A stretch of DNA of 64,000 nucleotides, from the NCBI GenBank assembly GCA_965112155.1, contig OZ218103.1; one strand, written 5' to 3'. Positions 23,201 to 35,491 of the stretch are shown here, in pieces. A program made the translations under genes and the position numbers. The number at the start of each line of letters is the position of its first letter. Position 1 is the first letter of the stretch. The notes under the pieces were generated by a model. That model saw only the letters and a program-made list of their open reading frames with translations. It was not told where the DNA came from and did not search any database. This stretch comes from Podarcis liolepis (Eukaryota).

Positions 23201-25303
23201 CTGTTCTGTTTAAATGCCAAACAGGAATTAATAATAATATATCAATTCCTGGTTTTTCTTTTCTTTTAGCATATTATGCAACGAACTCAAGTTTTGCTTT
23301 AGCTGTGGCTCCTTCAGCAGAGCACGTGTTGTCCTGCTGTTTGCATACCAGGGCCTATACTAAGGGAGGGATATGCATTCTACCATGTGCAATTTGTAGA
23401 CATGATGTTTGATTGGGGTTTTTTATTTGTTTACTGCTATATACTGCTTCAAGCTTTTCCTATGAAATATTTTAACTACATTAAATTAGGAGCTAGAAGG
23501 AAAACCATGTTGTGAATAGCTATTTGGGATTAGGATTACTTTCGAACATAGTGAAAACAGCTATGTTTCTAAAGAGTTTTGTTTGTGCATGTTTGTGTGA
23601 GGGAGGATACTACAGGTGAGTTTTAAATGAGTGAGAACTGGATTGTGAATACAGAAAAGACCGTCCTGACAGGTCAGCTTTTGATGTCAGTTATGCCAGT
23701 TAAAACTCATGGATTTCAGTAGCATCATTCCCGATTTGTACTGGATTTCAGTGGAATTGTTCCAGATATGTACTGGTTTGTCATACCTCAGACTTCAGTG
23801 GAGCCCACAGCCAACCTCTTTCCTACACCTTTATTTCTGCATTTTGGCTTCAGCTTTCCCTTTCTCCCCCTCAGCAAACTGTTGCCGTGACTCCTTGTCA
23901 TGTCCGTCTCTTTTAGTTGTATTGTTGGAATAAAGAAATGTTTGGGCCGTTAAAGTGGCGGAGAGCTGTGTGTGAGCTGCTCCAGTTCTGCCGGCTGCAG
24001 GACCATCTGGCCCTGGCTTGCATCCGCTGGTCTCCAGCTTCTCTTTCTCTTTATGTTAGCTAGGGCTATCTTGCACACTTGGAATGCCTAATCACCATGG
24101 TGAGAGGATGGGCCTTGCTGCCTGCCCCTTCCCGTCAATTGTCATGCAGAACCGATCGGGACAAGCGTTTTCTTTGCGGCAGTCGCTTGCCCGTCTTTGC
24201 CTGGCTCTTGGCAGAAGGACGGCTTTTAATTGATCATTTGTGGGGGAGGGCTGGGGTTGTTTGAGCCTCTCAAATGTTTCCCCACACAGTCTCTACCACC
24301 CGGCCAGATTTCTCATTTGTTGGGAAATGTTAGTGATTTAGCTTTTCCTTCGTCTTCCTTTTGGACTCCTGCTTGTTGCTGTTTTATGGGGAACTCTGAG
24401 GGCTTGTAACTGTGACTCCAAGGAGCACTGAGCAAGATATAAATGTTGTGTTTATCTATCCACAACTGGGAAGGGGGCACATATGGGCACTAAATGTTTA
24501 TTGTCCTTCTTTCTACTGTGTGTTCATGTTTGTATTTGCATGAACGCTTATGGATTTATTATCTATGGGCAGGGTGAACTCTTAATCTATTTTGTTTCAT
24601 GAACAAATCCAACCCTTTTCACCAATCCTAAAAACATGCCCCCAAATCTGGTGGTTGAATCCTGTAGAGATTTGATTAAATGCTGAACTTGACAGAGTTT
24701 TCTGTTAGAAGAAGATTTTTTAAATATATATACAGTATATAGAAAGAATTTTTTGGGGGGGGTTACGGAGCACTGGAAGTAAGGGATAACCTGTGCTGAT
24801 TTTTGAGGCTTGTGCTTTTTTGCGTAATCTTTAATGCCACAGTTTCTTTTAACTATAAAAGAAGAACTGATGACCTCGAGCGCTGGTCCGCCGAGTCAGC
24901 CCTGCAGTTGGGCAGAGTGGGCGACTTGCCTCAGACAGCAGTTTTTTGAGTACAGTGCAGCAAACTTCTCAATTGATGGTGAGGAGAGGGAACTATTTTG
25001 ATTTTTTGCCTCAGGTAGCAAATTGTATTGGGGTGATGGGATGGTTTTATTTATTTTTAAAATATTATTTCAAACTGCAGATTTTGTTGTAGGCTATGAT
25101 TGTGCCGTTTGCCCCTGAAATTTAAGAGCATTCAAACAGGTATTTATATTTATACCAATAAACAAATATATATTTTCAGCTATATGTTTGAATCTACACT
25201 TAGCTACTGCTATTAAAATAAAACGAGCAAGTGAATGGCATGGAAGCCTCTTCCTGCTTTGTAATGTACTATTTTTTTTTATTTAGTAGCATGTACATTT
25301 TGT

Positions 25304-25383
25304 AGCACAGTCCTATTCAGAAGTAAGCCCCATTGGCTCCAGTGGGCCTTACTCCCAAATTAAGCCAGTATAGGATTGCAGCC
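25304..25383. mobile_element. Short palindromic MITE-like repeat (related copies ~26437-26485, ~44985-45070, ~595-685)
   Basis: GCACAGTCCTA...AGTAAGCCCCATTGG/CCAGTGGGCCTTACT...TAGGATTGC self-complementary structure, repeated in the window. Confidence 0.6.
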
Positions 25384-27660
25384 TCTGTCACCTTAAGCAA
25401 ACATCTATGGTAATTACAAGGTTTTCTCTCGATTCATTTATCCCTAAAGACTATTGGTAAATGTAATACTATAAAATCTGTGTAAAAGTTAGTTAGAATA
25501 AATAAAACAGAGATCCTTTTGAGAAGATCAGTTAACAATGCAGTAAATGCACACTTGTTACTTAATCGTTGCAGGGTGACTAGGTACCTTTCCTCAAGGA
25601 AGCATTTCTGTTGCGGGGATATCACATTTCGCCAGCATTTAAATGCAGTTTTGTCACAGGGAAAGCGTCCTGTTCTCCTCATGTAGTGTATCTACGGCAA
25701 TGGTGAATTTTATGTGAAATGGGATTGCGGGATTGCTTGATACTTATTGGACAGAGCTGATGACATTCTTAGTGGTGAGTGTCGCAGTTTCCAGACCCAT
25801 TTGAAAACATAAACAAAGAACAGCAGAACTATACTTGCATCATCTCTTAAGTGAACACAAAATATAATGTTACTGGTAGTGGATTAGATGTAGTTGCTGT
25901 ATCATTATGGATTCACATTATAAAAAATCTGTAAAGACTCAGATAGCTAGCAGAGCACTATTCTATCCATAAATGAGGGGTTGTTTGCATATTATGGTTG
26001 CCGCATAGATACCACTTTGAAATGCTCTGCATAGTGAACTATTTGTGTGCAGTGGCTTGTCAGGTGGGTTTGGTGAATTTTAGTACCACGAGCATCTGAG
26101 TTCTGCTCATAGTGAGCCATGGATAGTCCACTCTTTGGTAATAGCTGCCATTCAGTAATAAGAAAACAATAATGGTACGGTTTCTTAATATAGCAAACCC
26201 TTTCTATAGTCTATTAACAAAATGGAATGTAAAATGTGAACATTGCCTTGGGTGCCTCATGGCAGGGTATAATTTATAAATATTAGGAATAACAAATAAA
26301 TAACAGATGTTTGCAGAAGGCTTAAGTTAAATAGTTGTCTCCCGATGGCTGGCTATCCCTGCTCTGTACACATAGTGCAAGGAAGTGTGAGACAATAAAG
26401 AGATGAAGCAACATTTTATTTAGGAAGACTGCTAATGCCACAATCCTGTGCACACCTACTTGGGAGTAAGAGCTACATTGGTATATATGTACAGGATCAT
26501 GTTGTAAGGTTTTTTGAGACAAAAAGTGTAAAACTATTATTTTTCTATTAATGTTCCTGTGGAAAGCAGGTGTGTGTTTTTTACCTCAAATTTCGCAATC
26601 TTTTGTCTACTGCCATGTTTGTACATATCATAGCTAATGAACTTTGCCCTCGCCATATTATTCAGAAGAGAAAAGTCACTTGAAGGTTTTACAACTGGAT
26701 TTTTTGTTGTTGAAAACCCTGGTGACATCATTTCTACAGTGTGAAATTGCATCATTACAGTTGTGTACTTACTGTGAAAGAAAAGTGTGTGTCAGATGGA
26801 TCTGCCCTGGATGTTAAGTTTAACTAATCACTGTAACACATGTAATTCACAGAGATTTCAGTCGATGAACATCTTACTCTGGCGTATTCCTATAGACTGC
26901 AATAGAACTTCATTGAGAATATGCTGGTGTAAGTAGTTTGTGGATTGTTATAATTACATATTTCAAGTTAACGGCAAGTTCGGTTCTCCTCCTCCTTCTG
27001 AATACTGAAGTATTTTCCGTGCTAGTGCTGTGGGCTAGTGTTGATAGCTGCTGCTTCATGAGCTGAATACTTTACTCAACAAGAGTTTAATGATGTTAAT
27101 TTGGCATCTTTATCAGATCGTTTAAAATGAATAAACAGTTTGCAGCCTCTGCTCCTCAAGCCTTGTAGTCACTGAAATGTTTCTGTGGCAGGATCTGGCT
27201 ACATTTTGAATTTTGACAAATGCTGATGGCTTGTGTGGAATGCAAACAGTGATTTAGATAACATTTGCTTTTATACTGGACCTGCAGCAGTGCCTATAAC
27301 CTGAAGCTGGGGAAAGGCCCAGGGCATTTGGGACATGATGTGACAAGGACTAAGTATGCTTCTGCAAGAGGTGTGCATATATATGATAACGATTTACAGA
27401 TTGACCCATATGAGGCACATTAAAATATTTAGAATGCTAATGTTTTTAGAAATGCCCTTCTCACCATTTTCTACTGCAGTAGAAGATCCCACCCTCAGAA
27501 GACCTCTGATGTGATGTTTATTCATGGCAAAAAAGCCAAGTGGCAGCTGTTGATGCACTGTGTTAACAAGCATGACAATTTGCAGGGAAAATGCATGCAT
27601 ACCAGATAATTTGCATTAAATAGTTACATTTCTAGGCACCCAATCTTTTGAATTAAAAAT

Positions 27661-27980
27661 GGGTGGTATTCAAGTAGGTTTTACTCAGAGTAGACCCACT
27701 GAAATTAATGTGGCTAAATGTGGAATGCCCTCCCATCAGATGCCAAGGAAATAAACAACTATCTGACTTTTAGAAGACCTCTGAAGGCAGCCCTGTTTAG
27801 GGAAGTTTTTAATGACTGATGTTTTAATGTATTTTTAATATTTTGTTGGAAGCCACCCAGAGTGGCTGGGGAAACCCAGCCAGATAGGCGGGGTATAAAT
27901 AAATAATTATTATTAATTTTATTAAATTAGGTCAATTAATTTCAAAAGGTCTCCTGAATAAAAGTTAGTTGAATAATACC
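27661..27980. mobile_element. Palindromic MITE split by an L2 3' fragment (27719-~27920, + strand)
   Basis: Left arm GGTATTCAAGTAGGTTTTACTCAGAGTAGACCCACTGAAATTAATG and right arm ATTAATTTCAAAAGGTCTC...GTTGAATAATACC enclose a close copy of the 7470-7645 L2 sequence. Uninterrupted relatives lie at ~58421-58545 and ~54198-54255. Confidence 0.75.
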
Positions 27981-30678
27981 TGGTGGATTTCAACAGCACA
28001 GATAATATTAACTATATTTGCAAATCTGTTTTTAAAAAGCCAAGACAAAAGCCTGTTCTCCATGCCATTTTGAATGTGTTGTTAAAGGTTTTCTGCTGGA
28101 CACTATGTAATGGTCTTTTATAGTTTAGGCTGCTCCCATTTACTAACCTGCCAGTGGCCTTTTCCTGCTCCCTTTTATAGGAGCTGATAAGAGTCTAGAA
28201 CCAAATAAAGCAGGGTTGCTTGTGGCCTCCGATGAGCTTTAATTCCTCAAAGTAAGGAGGTGCAGAGGCCATGTTCCTGATGATTGATAGTTTGTGAGGA
28301 TGGCAAAGACTGGATAATTTATTTGGTATTGTGCTGCATCTTCTCCTTTCTTCTGTCACAGAAGCACACAACTGGTTACTGAGATGGGACACTTCCATCT
28401 CAGGTACTCATCTATGGGGCAGGAGGAAGCATTGGCAGTAGTGATGTTGTGTATAGGTGAACTATTTGCCTATCTTTTTACTTCTGTTTCCTCCTGTTAC
28501 TGCTGGGCAGGAAGACAACCTGTAGCTGTGTGCTTGAGATGGAAGCTACATAACCTCTTCTTGTCTCAAGGCTTTGAGGTGCTTCATTTTCCAGTAGGAG
28601 ATGACTGGCAATGCAGCAAATGGCAGGAGCAGAGTAGCCAGCCAGGAACTGTAGCATATACTACTCGATATTCTAAAACCACACATTTTTAATACGTGTT
28701 TGTCTTTTCCCTTATTCTCATTCCATTTGACTATATAGATATAGAAGTACTGTACTAGATTTTATTGGTGCCAAAGTCAGGTTGTGCACAACCCAGTATG
28801 TCAGATGACCAGATGAGGTAACAACCCTTCCATTTGCAAGGGGAAATGACAAGTAACAACTGGTTGGTTAAAACTTATATCTCATCTACAACAGATTTGG
28901 TCATTGCCTGTTAGAGAAGATAAACATTTATGAATGATAAATATGATTTCTGTTTTTTATTGCTTCAGTATCTTCATTTGTTAGCACCTTTTCCCTTCAT
29001 TTAAATGCATTCCATTTTCAGTCTGAAATTTGTGAAAATGCTATTTTCTCTTGCCTCACCTGAGTCCCTATGCAGCTCTGTGGAATGGTCATTTCCTTCT
29101 TATTTACGCTTCTAAGTTGCATAGAAGGATCAAGACTAGTATTGTTTTGACCGCTTATGCTCTGTTTGGCTTTGTCCAGGCTTTCCAGGATAGTGTAGGG
29201 TACCCTCTCAAGTTTTCATTTCTGTTTTGAAAGATAAAGCTGGAGGCCCCTTTTTTGTTTACCAGTCACTGTACAAAGCAGATGCTTACAGTGATAATAA
29301 TGTTTACTTGCATTTGTTATAACTAGGACTGGAAATACTTTGCATACATCAGTCTTTTATAAAACTTCCACCCTGCACGGAGCTGGTTTTATTTTCTATT
29401 TTTAAAAATATTTCAATGTGCTGGTATCAAACTTTCTAGGTACCCAGGCAACAGGTTCCTGAGATTTGTCCGGCCCTGCTCACAACTCAAAGGAAGCAGC
29501 AAAAACAGGCAGACTGTGGTATTTCTTTATACTTTACATGATTTCTGCAGATTTAATGGCTGTTGGATGATTTCATGGCTTAACATGAAGTTCCTTGGAC
29601 ACAGCACTGTACTAGATGTTCCACTGATCTGCTCCCATTTATACGGAAGAAAGAAAGCAGTTGTGTTTTGCCTCGTTGCAGAAATTATCTGATTAAGTAC
29701 AGTACAGAATGTGGAAACTCAAAGCACTTTGCTTTCTAAGAAACTAGCCAATTAGGCTATAGCTAAAATTGATTCCTGTTTGGAAAGAGTAGATTAATTT
29801 ATCAAATGGTAGGGTCATTTCAAGTTTGGGGTTGGAAGTGAAAGACGTTACTATGGTTTTACAAGTTAGATGATCCACAAAGGCTGTAGTAGTTATGGAG
29901 TTTTGAATGCAGGGGGAAAAAACCAGAAACAAAGGAAGCAGACGCAAGAGACATTTTTGCTGGGGTAATGCTGGAAGCTGTGAGGAATCCACTGCATTCC
30001 TGGAGGCAAAGCGAAGAATCCAGTTTCCTTCCTATACCGTAAAATCTCTTTTTCGCCTTTAAAAGAAAACCTTGAAACAACAAGACTGGCTGCCTTAGCT
30101 TCCTTCCTGACACACCCAACCATGTGATGCTTCTGTATATTCTTGCTTTAATCATGGCTGACTGATTAACAGGCCAAATTGAACCTGATCAAAAGGTGAA
30201 ATAGGCAGTTAACCCTTCTGTCTAATTTAAGTGGGTTACTTTCTGCTTTGCTTGCCTTTGCCCTTCATTCCCTAACATGTAGCACAACCCATGCCTCTGT
30301 TCGGAAGAAATTCCTGTTTATACTTCTGCTATGACCCTCGGCACCTGAGAGTCAGTAAGAAGTGGCTTGTATAGATTTGGTTTGTGCTCTTTGTTTGGGT
30401 TCAGTTTTTCTTTTTCTTCTTAATACTCTTAACTAGCAAAGGATTTTAATACTATCTCCTTCTCTTCTTTGTACATGATACATTTTAGGTCCTGATAAAA
30501 AAGCAACAGCCCCTTGCATAGAAACCTGTTGTCGTGGTGCTCAATTTTCTCTGCAGCAGCAACATAAGAATTCTCTCTTCCAGCTCTTTCAGCCAAACAA
30601 CATATCGCCTCAAACCAAGATTTACTACATGGAATGAATGCAGTTGTTCTCAACACACAAGCATAAACACCTATTTAA

Positions 30679-30800
30679 TAGAAACAGTCATAGAGTTGGA
30701 AAGGATCCTAAGGATCATCTAGTCCAGCCCCCTGCAATGCAGGCATATGCAGCTGTTCCTTAATGGGGAATCAAACCTTTGACCTTGGGTTTCTCAAGTT
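30679..30800 (-). mobile_element. tRNA-head SINE with CR1-type 3' tail, fragment
   Basis: CATAGAGTTGGAAAGGATCCTAAGGATCATCTAGTCCAGCCCCCTGCAATGCAGG is the reverse complement of a CR1 3' terminus, followed by a B-box-like GGGAATCAAACC. Confidence 0.65.
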
Positions 30801-31994
30801 GCACCTTTGTGGTTCCATACAATTGTTTATATGTGGATAGATATGTTTTGCTGGGTGGGATGGTGAGTGGTGAATATGTGTGACTGGATAGATGAATTGA
30901 AGTGGTGTGTGTATTTGTGCGTGAAAGAGAGGGGAGTGAGAGTTGACTCTGGCCCTGCCCACCATTGGCATTCTCCCAAAAGTTTACCCTTAAGGAAATG
31001 CAGCCCATGGTGGGGGGGAAATGTTCCCCAGTCCTGATCCAGTGCTTCACTTCAATTCTATCACCCTTTCTCTCTATCTGGCCAAAGCAGACATGATGTG
31101 GAAGATCCACCATGGGATTGCCATGGGATTTTTGGTGTGAGTTAATTTTAAAGCAGCCATAGTGTTGATCACAGTAGTAGTGTTTGGTAGGAGCAGATGT
31201 TCAGCCTTTTCCCTCCATGAAGTTTTTCTGATCTAAACTCCCTCCACTTGTCCCTTACTACCACCAGTATAGGGAAAAAATATAGGTACAGTATATGCAC
31301 CTTTATAATAGGTTATGTAAATCAGGGAAATGGTATGGAGAAAAAAGTTTTTTAAAAAACAACAAAAAACCTTTCCTGCTATCACAACTCCAATAAATAT
31401 CAGGACACTGACACACACATTAAAATAAACAAAAATCTTGGGAGATGTAGATCTCCTGTGACACATATATTCTGGCCCTAAGCTAGCTTTGCTAGCTGTG
31501 GTACTTCATCTTTTCTTGGTGAAAAAATGATAAAACTTTGATCCTTCTTGAAATTTGGGAAATATGCAAGTTTGGGCATCTTACAATAATTGGCAAGGCC
31601 TTTCCCCCAACAGTGTCAATTATGCAAGTATCTCCTCCTGTTAAAAGAAATTATTTCCTCCTTCCATTTTTTGTATTGTGCAGGTCATAATTTCATAGAT
31701 CAGAGTTGGGAATTACTCTTTCATTCTTAAAAATTACCTTTGTGGACCACATGATGGAGCAGGAAACCCTTCTGGTCATGACCCAAAACAGCACTATACA
31801 GGTGCACATTTATTGTTTTTGTGGATTGAAATGTAACTAAAATTACATTTTAGTATTCATCATTACTGACTACCTTTAACTTTAGCTATCCAAGCAGTAA
31901 CAAAGTTCCCTTATTTTTTTGAGTGGTGTCCAGTGATGCCTCACCTGTATCATGAGAACTTGAATGATGACAACAAGAGTCAGGGCTGAAGAAT

Positions 31995-32100
31995 TTAGGA
32001 ACAAGGAAGCAGCCTTATACTGTACTAGATAAGACTGTCCATCTACCCCTGTAGTCTCTTCTGGCTGGCAGCATCTTTCAGACAGGAGTCTTTCACATTC
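31995..32100 (-). mobile_element. Degenerate tRNA/CR1-tail SINE (same family as 35492)
   Basis: AGGAACAAGGAAGCAGCCTTATACTG...GTCCATCTAC...TTTCAGACAGGAGTCTTTC matches the reverse of the 35492-36671 SINE parts. Confidence 0.55.
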
Positions 32101-33189
32101 CCTGTTTCCCTGATCTTATAGATGTGGCTGTTGAAACTGTTTCTGCTGTGAATTCTCCAAAGCTCTCTGGGGGTCTAAAGCCTCTTCTAAGTTCTCAGCA
32201 GCTGGCAAAATATTTATTTTTGGGTACGTACAAATATCCTAATTTGAGGCAGTGTAGGATGTTCAGAGCGAAGTGGAAATGTTTTCACTTAACTGTTTGA
32301 TGTTGCAAGATATTTCATTCTCCATCATGCCAGCGTGTGGGTGTCTAACATTCTGGGCTTGTACAATTTTCTTACTGTGATCAACCCTGTAGTTTGACAA
32401 TGATTTTTCCAACAGGTAAGTCACAAGAGGCTTAGCAGTTTCTTTCTCTTCAGGAGGGACACTATTGCTTTGTGATTTTCCTGGAGTCTGTGAAATGTGT
32501 CTACAATGTCCAATGGTGAGTGGAGCATTCAGAAGGATGTATGATTAAAAAAATATCCATGGAAGCAGGGACTCTGATAAATCTGCAAGCAAGTTGTCTA
32601 AGATTCAAACTTCTCCTGTCATGATAAATAATCTCAAAGGCACAAAACATGTTTCCAGATACCACTGGTTGTCTGTCTGAAGAGGGTATATAGATAAGAT
32701 TTAGCAGAGCACAGATTATTGTACTTAGCACCTACTTTCAATAAAATATTGGGTAACTTTCTTTCTCTTCTAAGTGAATGTCTGTGTGTCTGTTTTTTTC
32801 CTGATCTCTATGTGCAAATTATATATAGTTTGTCACTAAATATTGTAAAACATTTTCCTGGTTCTGAAATGCAAATTTTAAAATGATAAAAAGGCAACTG
32901 TGGGAGGTGGTGGGATAGAATCTCAAGCACCTAATAGGCTTATCCCTAACACATAGGTGGGCTTTGCTATACCTAAACCACTGCTTTCTGACCCTTATTC
33001 AGCTTACTCTTGCAGCCATCAAAGAAAGGAGACTCTATAATTTCCTTATGTTACTTTTTTATCTCTTATCTGTTACAGGAGATGTTTCCTAATATCTTAT
33101 CTACTTGATCTAAATTCCCCATCACCGCCGGTAGAGTTTTGGAATCACCTGTTGGTATTGGCCTGTAGCCTAGGAACCACACATTTGTA

Positions 33190-34230
33190 GCTATTTTTCT
33201 TTATTTTCTTCTAGGTTTGTATCTTGCCTTATTGCTGAGGTCTCAAGCTGGCAAACAAAAACAAATATTAAAAACAACCAGGAGAAATAACAATAAAAAC
33301 AGATGCCATCAAAAGGACAAAAGGACACTTGAGATTGTGCTGGCCACCTAAAAGAGTATAATGCCAGCAGTTGATGAACACAATATGAGAACAAGGTTGA
33401 AAGTTTGTGTCCCATCCCAGAAAAGACCCTGTCTCATTTTTGGTAGCTGTGGACTGAACTTCATGTGGCAGAAGCACTTGGACAGACAGGCTTATATAGG
33501 AGAAGATAGTCCTTCAGCTACTCAGATTCTAGGCTGATCAAGGCTTTAAATGCCCAAACCATCATGTTGAATAGTACTTGGAAGCAGACTAGTAGACACT
33601 AGCATAGTACTTTACTTTACTTTACTTCACTTCACTTCACTTCACTTAGCATAGGTAGTGTCCTTCATCTGTTAGGATCACAGTTTGGTATACAAAATTC
33701 ATTTTAAAATGACAACGAACCTAATCTTAAAAATAAACCAATGACTGCAACCAAATGGTTAAAACAACAATCCAGTGACTATATTTCTGCAGCAAACCGA
33801 ACATTTCAGTTTCAGCTAGTATCATCAAACAGCTCAACTCAATATCCTTCCATGTTCATCCCAGCCTAGATGCAAAGGTAAGTTTCAAGGCAATGATGGA
33901 GCCTCACAAACAAAATATGTCATACGTGCCTCCAGGGAGTTGCATGTTCATAGTGAATGTTGCCAGTTAACAATTTGGCCATCACATTTTGATCCTGGTG
34001 TAATTTCTGTACTGTCTTCAAAGTCAGCTCCATGTGCAATTCATTACAGTAATCTATCTTGGATATAACTAGGCCATGGATAACTGTGTCTAGATATTTT
34101 TTCTTCAGAGAGAGATGTAGGCTGTATGCTATGCTGACACTGGTAAAAGACTCAGCAAGCTATCATTGTGAGCACCCACTAATAAAGTTAGATTAAACAG
34201 AACTCCAGACTGGGCCTCAATACATTTCAG
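33190..34230 (-). mobile_element. Old L2 LINE fragment, interrupted around 33600-33960
   Basis: Minus-strand translation of ~33977-34093 gives LDTVIHGLVISKIDYCNELHMELTLKTVQKLHQDQNVMA, matching the L2 ORF2 motif (L)VHAxVxSRLDYCNxLxxGLPxxxxxKLQxxQNxAA. Confidence 0.75.
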
Positions 34231-34304
34231 TTTTTAACTTGCTAATTGCATTTATATCATTTTCTTCCTTTAAGGTTTTTCAGGGTAGTAAAGGAGTGAT
34301 CCAT

Positions 34305-34425
34305 TCTCTCCCCCTTACTGTCCCACAACAAAGCTGTGAGGTTGGTTAGGGTGTAAGAGAATGACTGTCTCAGGATCACTCAGGGATCTTCATAACTGAT
34401 CAAGAAAAGCCTAGGTCTCTACACC
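34305..34425 (-). mobile_element. Squam3/MIR-like SINE fragment (relatives at ~44715-44872 and ~50340-50482)
   Basis: CCCACAACAAAGCTGTGAGGTTGGTTAGG...GGATCACTCAG...CTTCATAACTGA; relatives show GGATTTGAACCCAGGTCT / CTAACCACCTTACCACAC (reverse tRNA boxes). Confidence 0.6.
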
Positions 34426-35491
34426 CTCTATCAGGAGTTTCCCGTGGTAGAATTCTCATCAGAATCAGTGCATTTTGTCTTGTCACTTGGGCATCAACAA
34501 CTAATTTTAAAATTTGCATTTGTCATTGATGCCCAAGTGACCAGACAAGAATTCTTGGTGTGGCTCTTGATGGAAGAAGCAATGTGGCAGCAATACATGC
34601 TTTCTTGCAAATAAAATCCCATTGTATGTGGTGCTAGTGAGCAGTGGTTCTGTATCTTTAGAACTGAACATTGGAGTGCCTACAAAAGTTTCACATAGAA
34701 TTAGTTCTGGGTATTTTTTCCTGCAAAAGGTAATAATTTTAACGTTTATCCGATCCTTTTCAGTTTTGCTTTCTTTATATGTGGCTCTCAGTATTGTATA
34801 AACTTAGTCACGTCTTAACCTCTTTTCCCCATCTGCGCGTGTGAACTAGACTCACCTTGCTCCACACCATAAGCTGTGGTGTGGGAAATAGCCATTATTG
34901 GTAACAGCTGCTTGAGAAAGTCTGAGAACAGTGGGGAAGCATGCCATTGGGCCATGGTTCTGAAGGCAGCCATGCTCTAGATTACATTTCAGGAGCCACT
35001 CCTAGGCATTTTCAGTAGCACTGCCCATTCCTGCCAGCTGCTCCCCCCCCCTTTCCTCTGAGCATGGTCAGTCAAGCATGCTAATTTTCCAGCAGAAGTG
35101 TTGTCATAATTAGGCAGCTTGTCTGAGGGTTTAGTGGTACTTAACCAGATGTGAAAAGGCTGGTCCCCTGGTCCTGGCTTGCTCACAGGAGCTTTTGCCA
35201 GATGCCTTGTCACTGATGTTCACGCTGCCCGTAATGGGCTGCCAAGCTCCCTTTCCCACTGCTTGCCTCTCCTTTTATGCTAAGCATGCATCTGAAAACT
35301 TTGTCCACAACCCTCTTATTTGGTTGCCTTCTTAATAAATTTGAAACAACTAGAAAACGGGGCCTGTGTGAGGAGGTTGGAAATCCCTTGTACAAAGCAG
35401 GAGACAAATTTAGGTAGGAAGAATGATAGAAGCACGCTTTTACTAATAGAGAACTACTTTCATAGAGCGGTATATGAAAGTATATGAGGCA

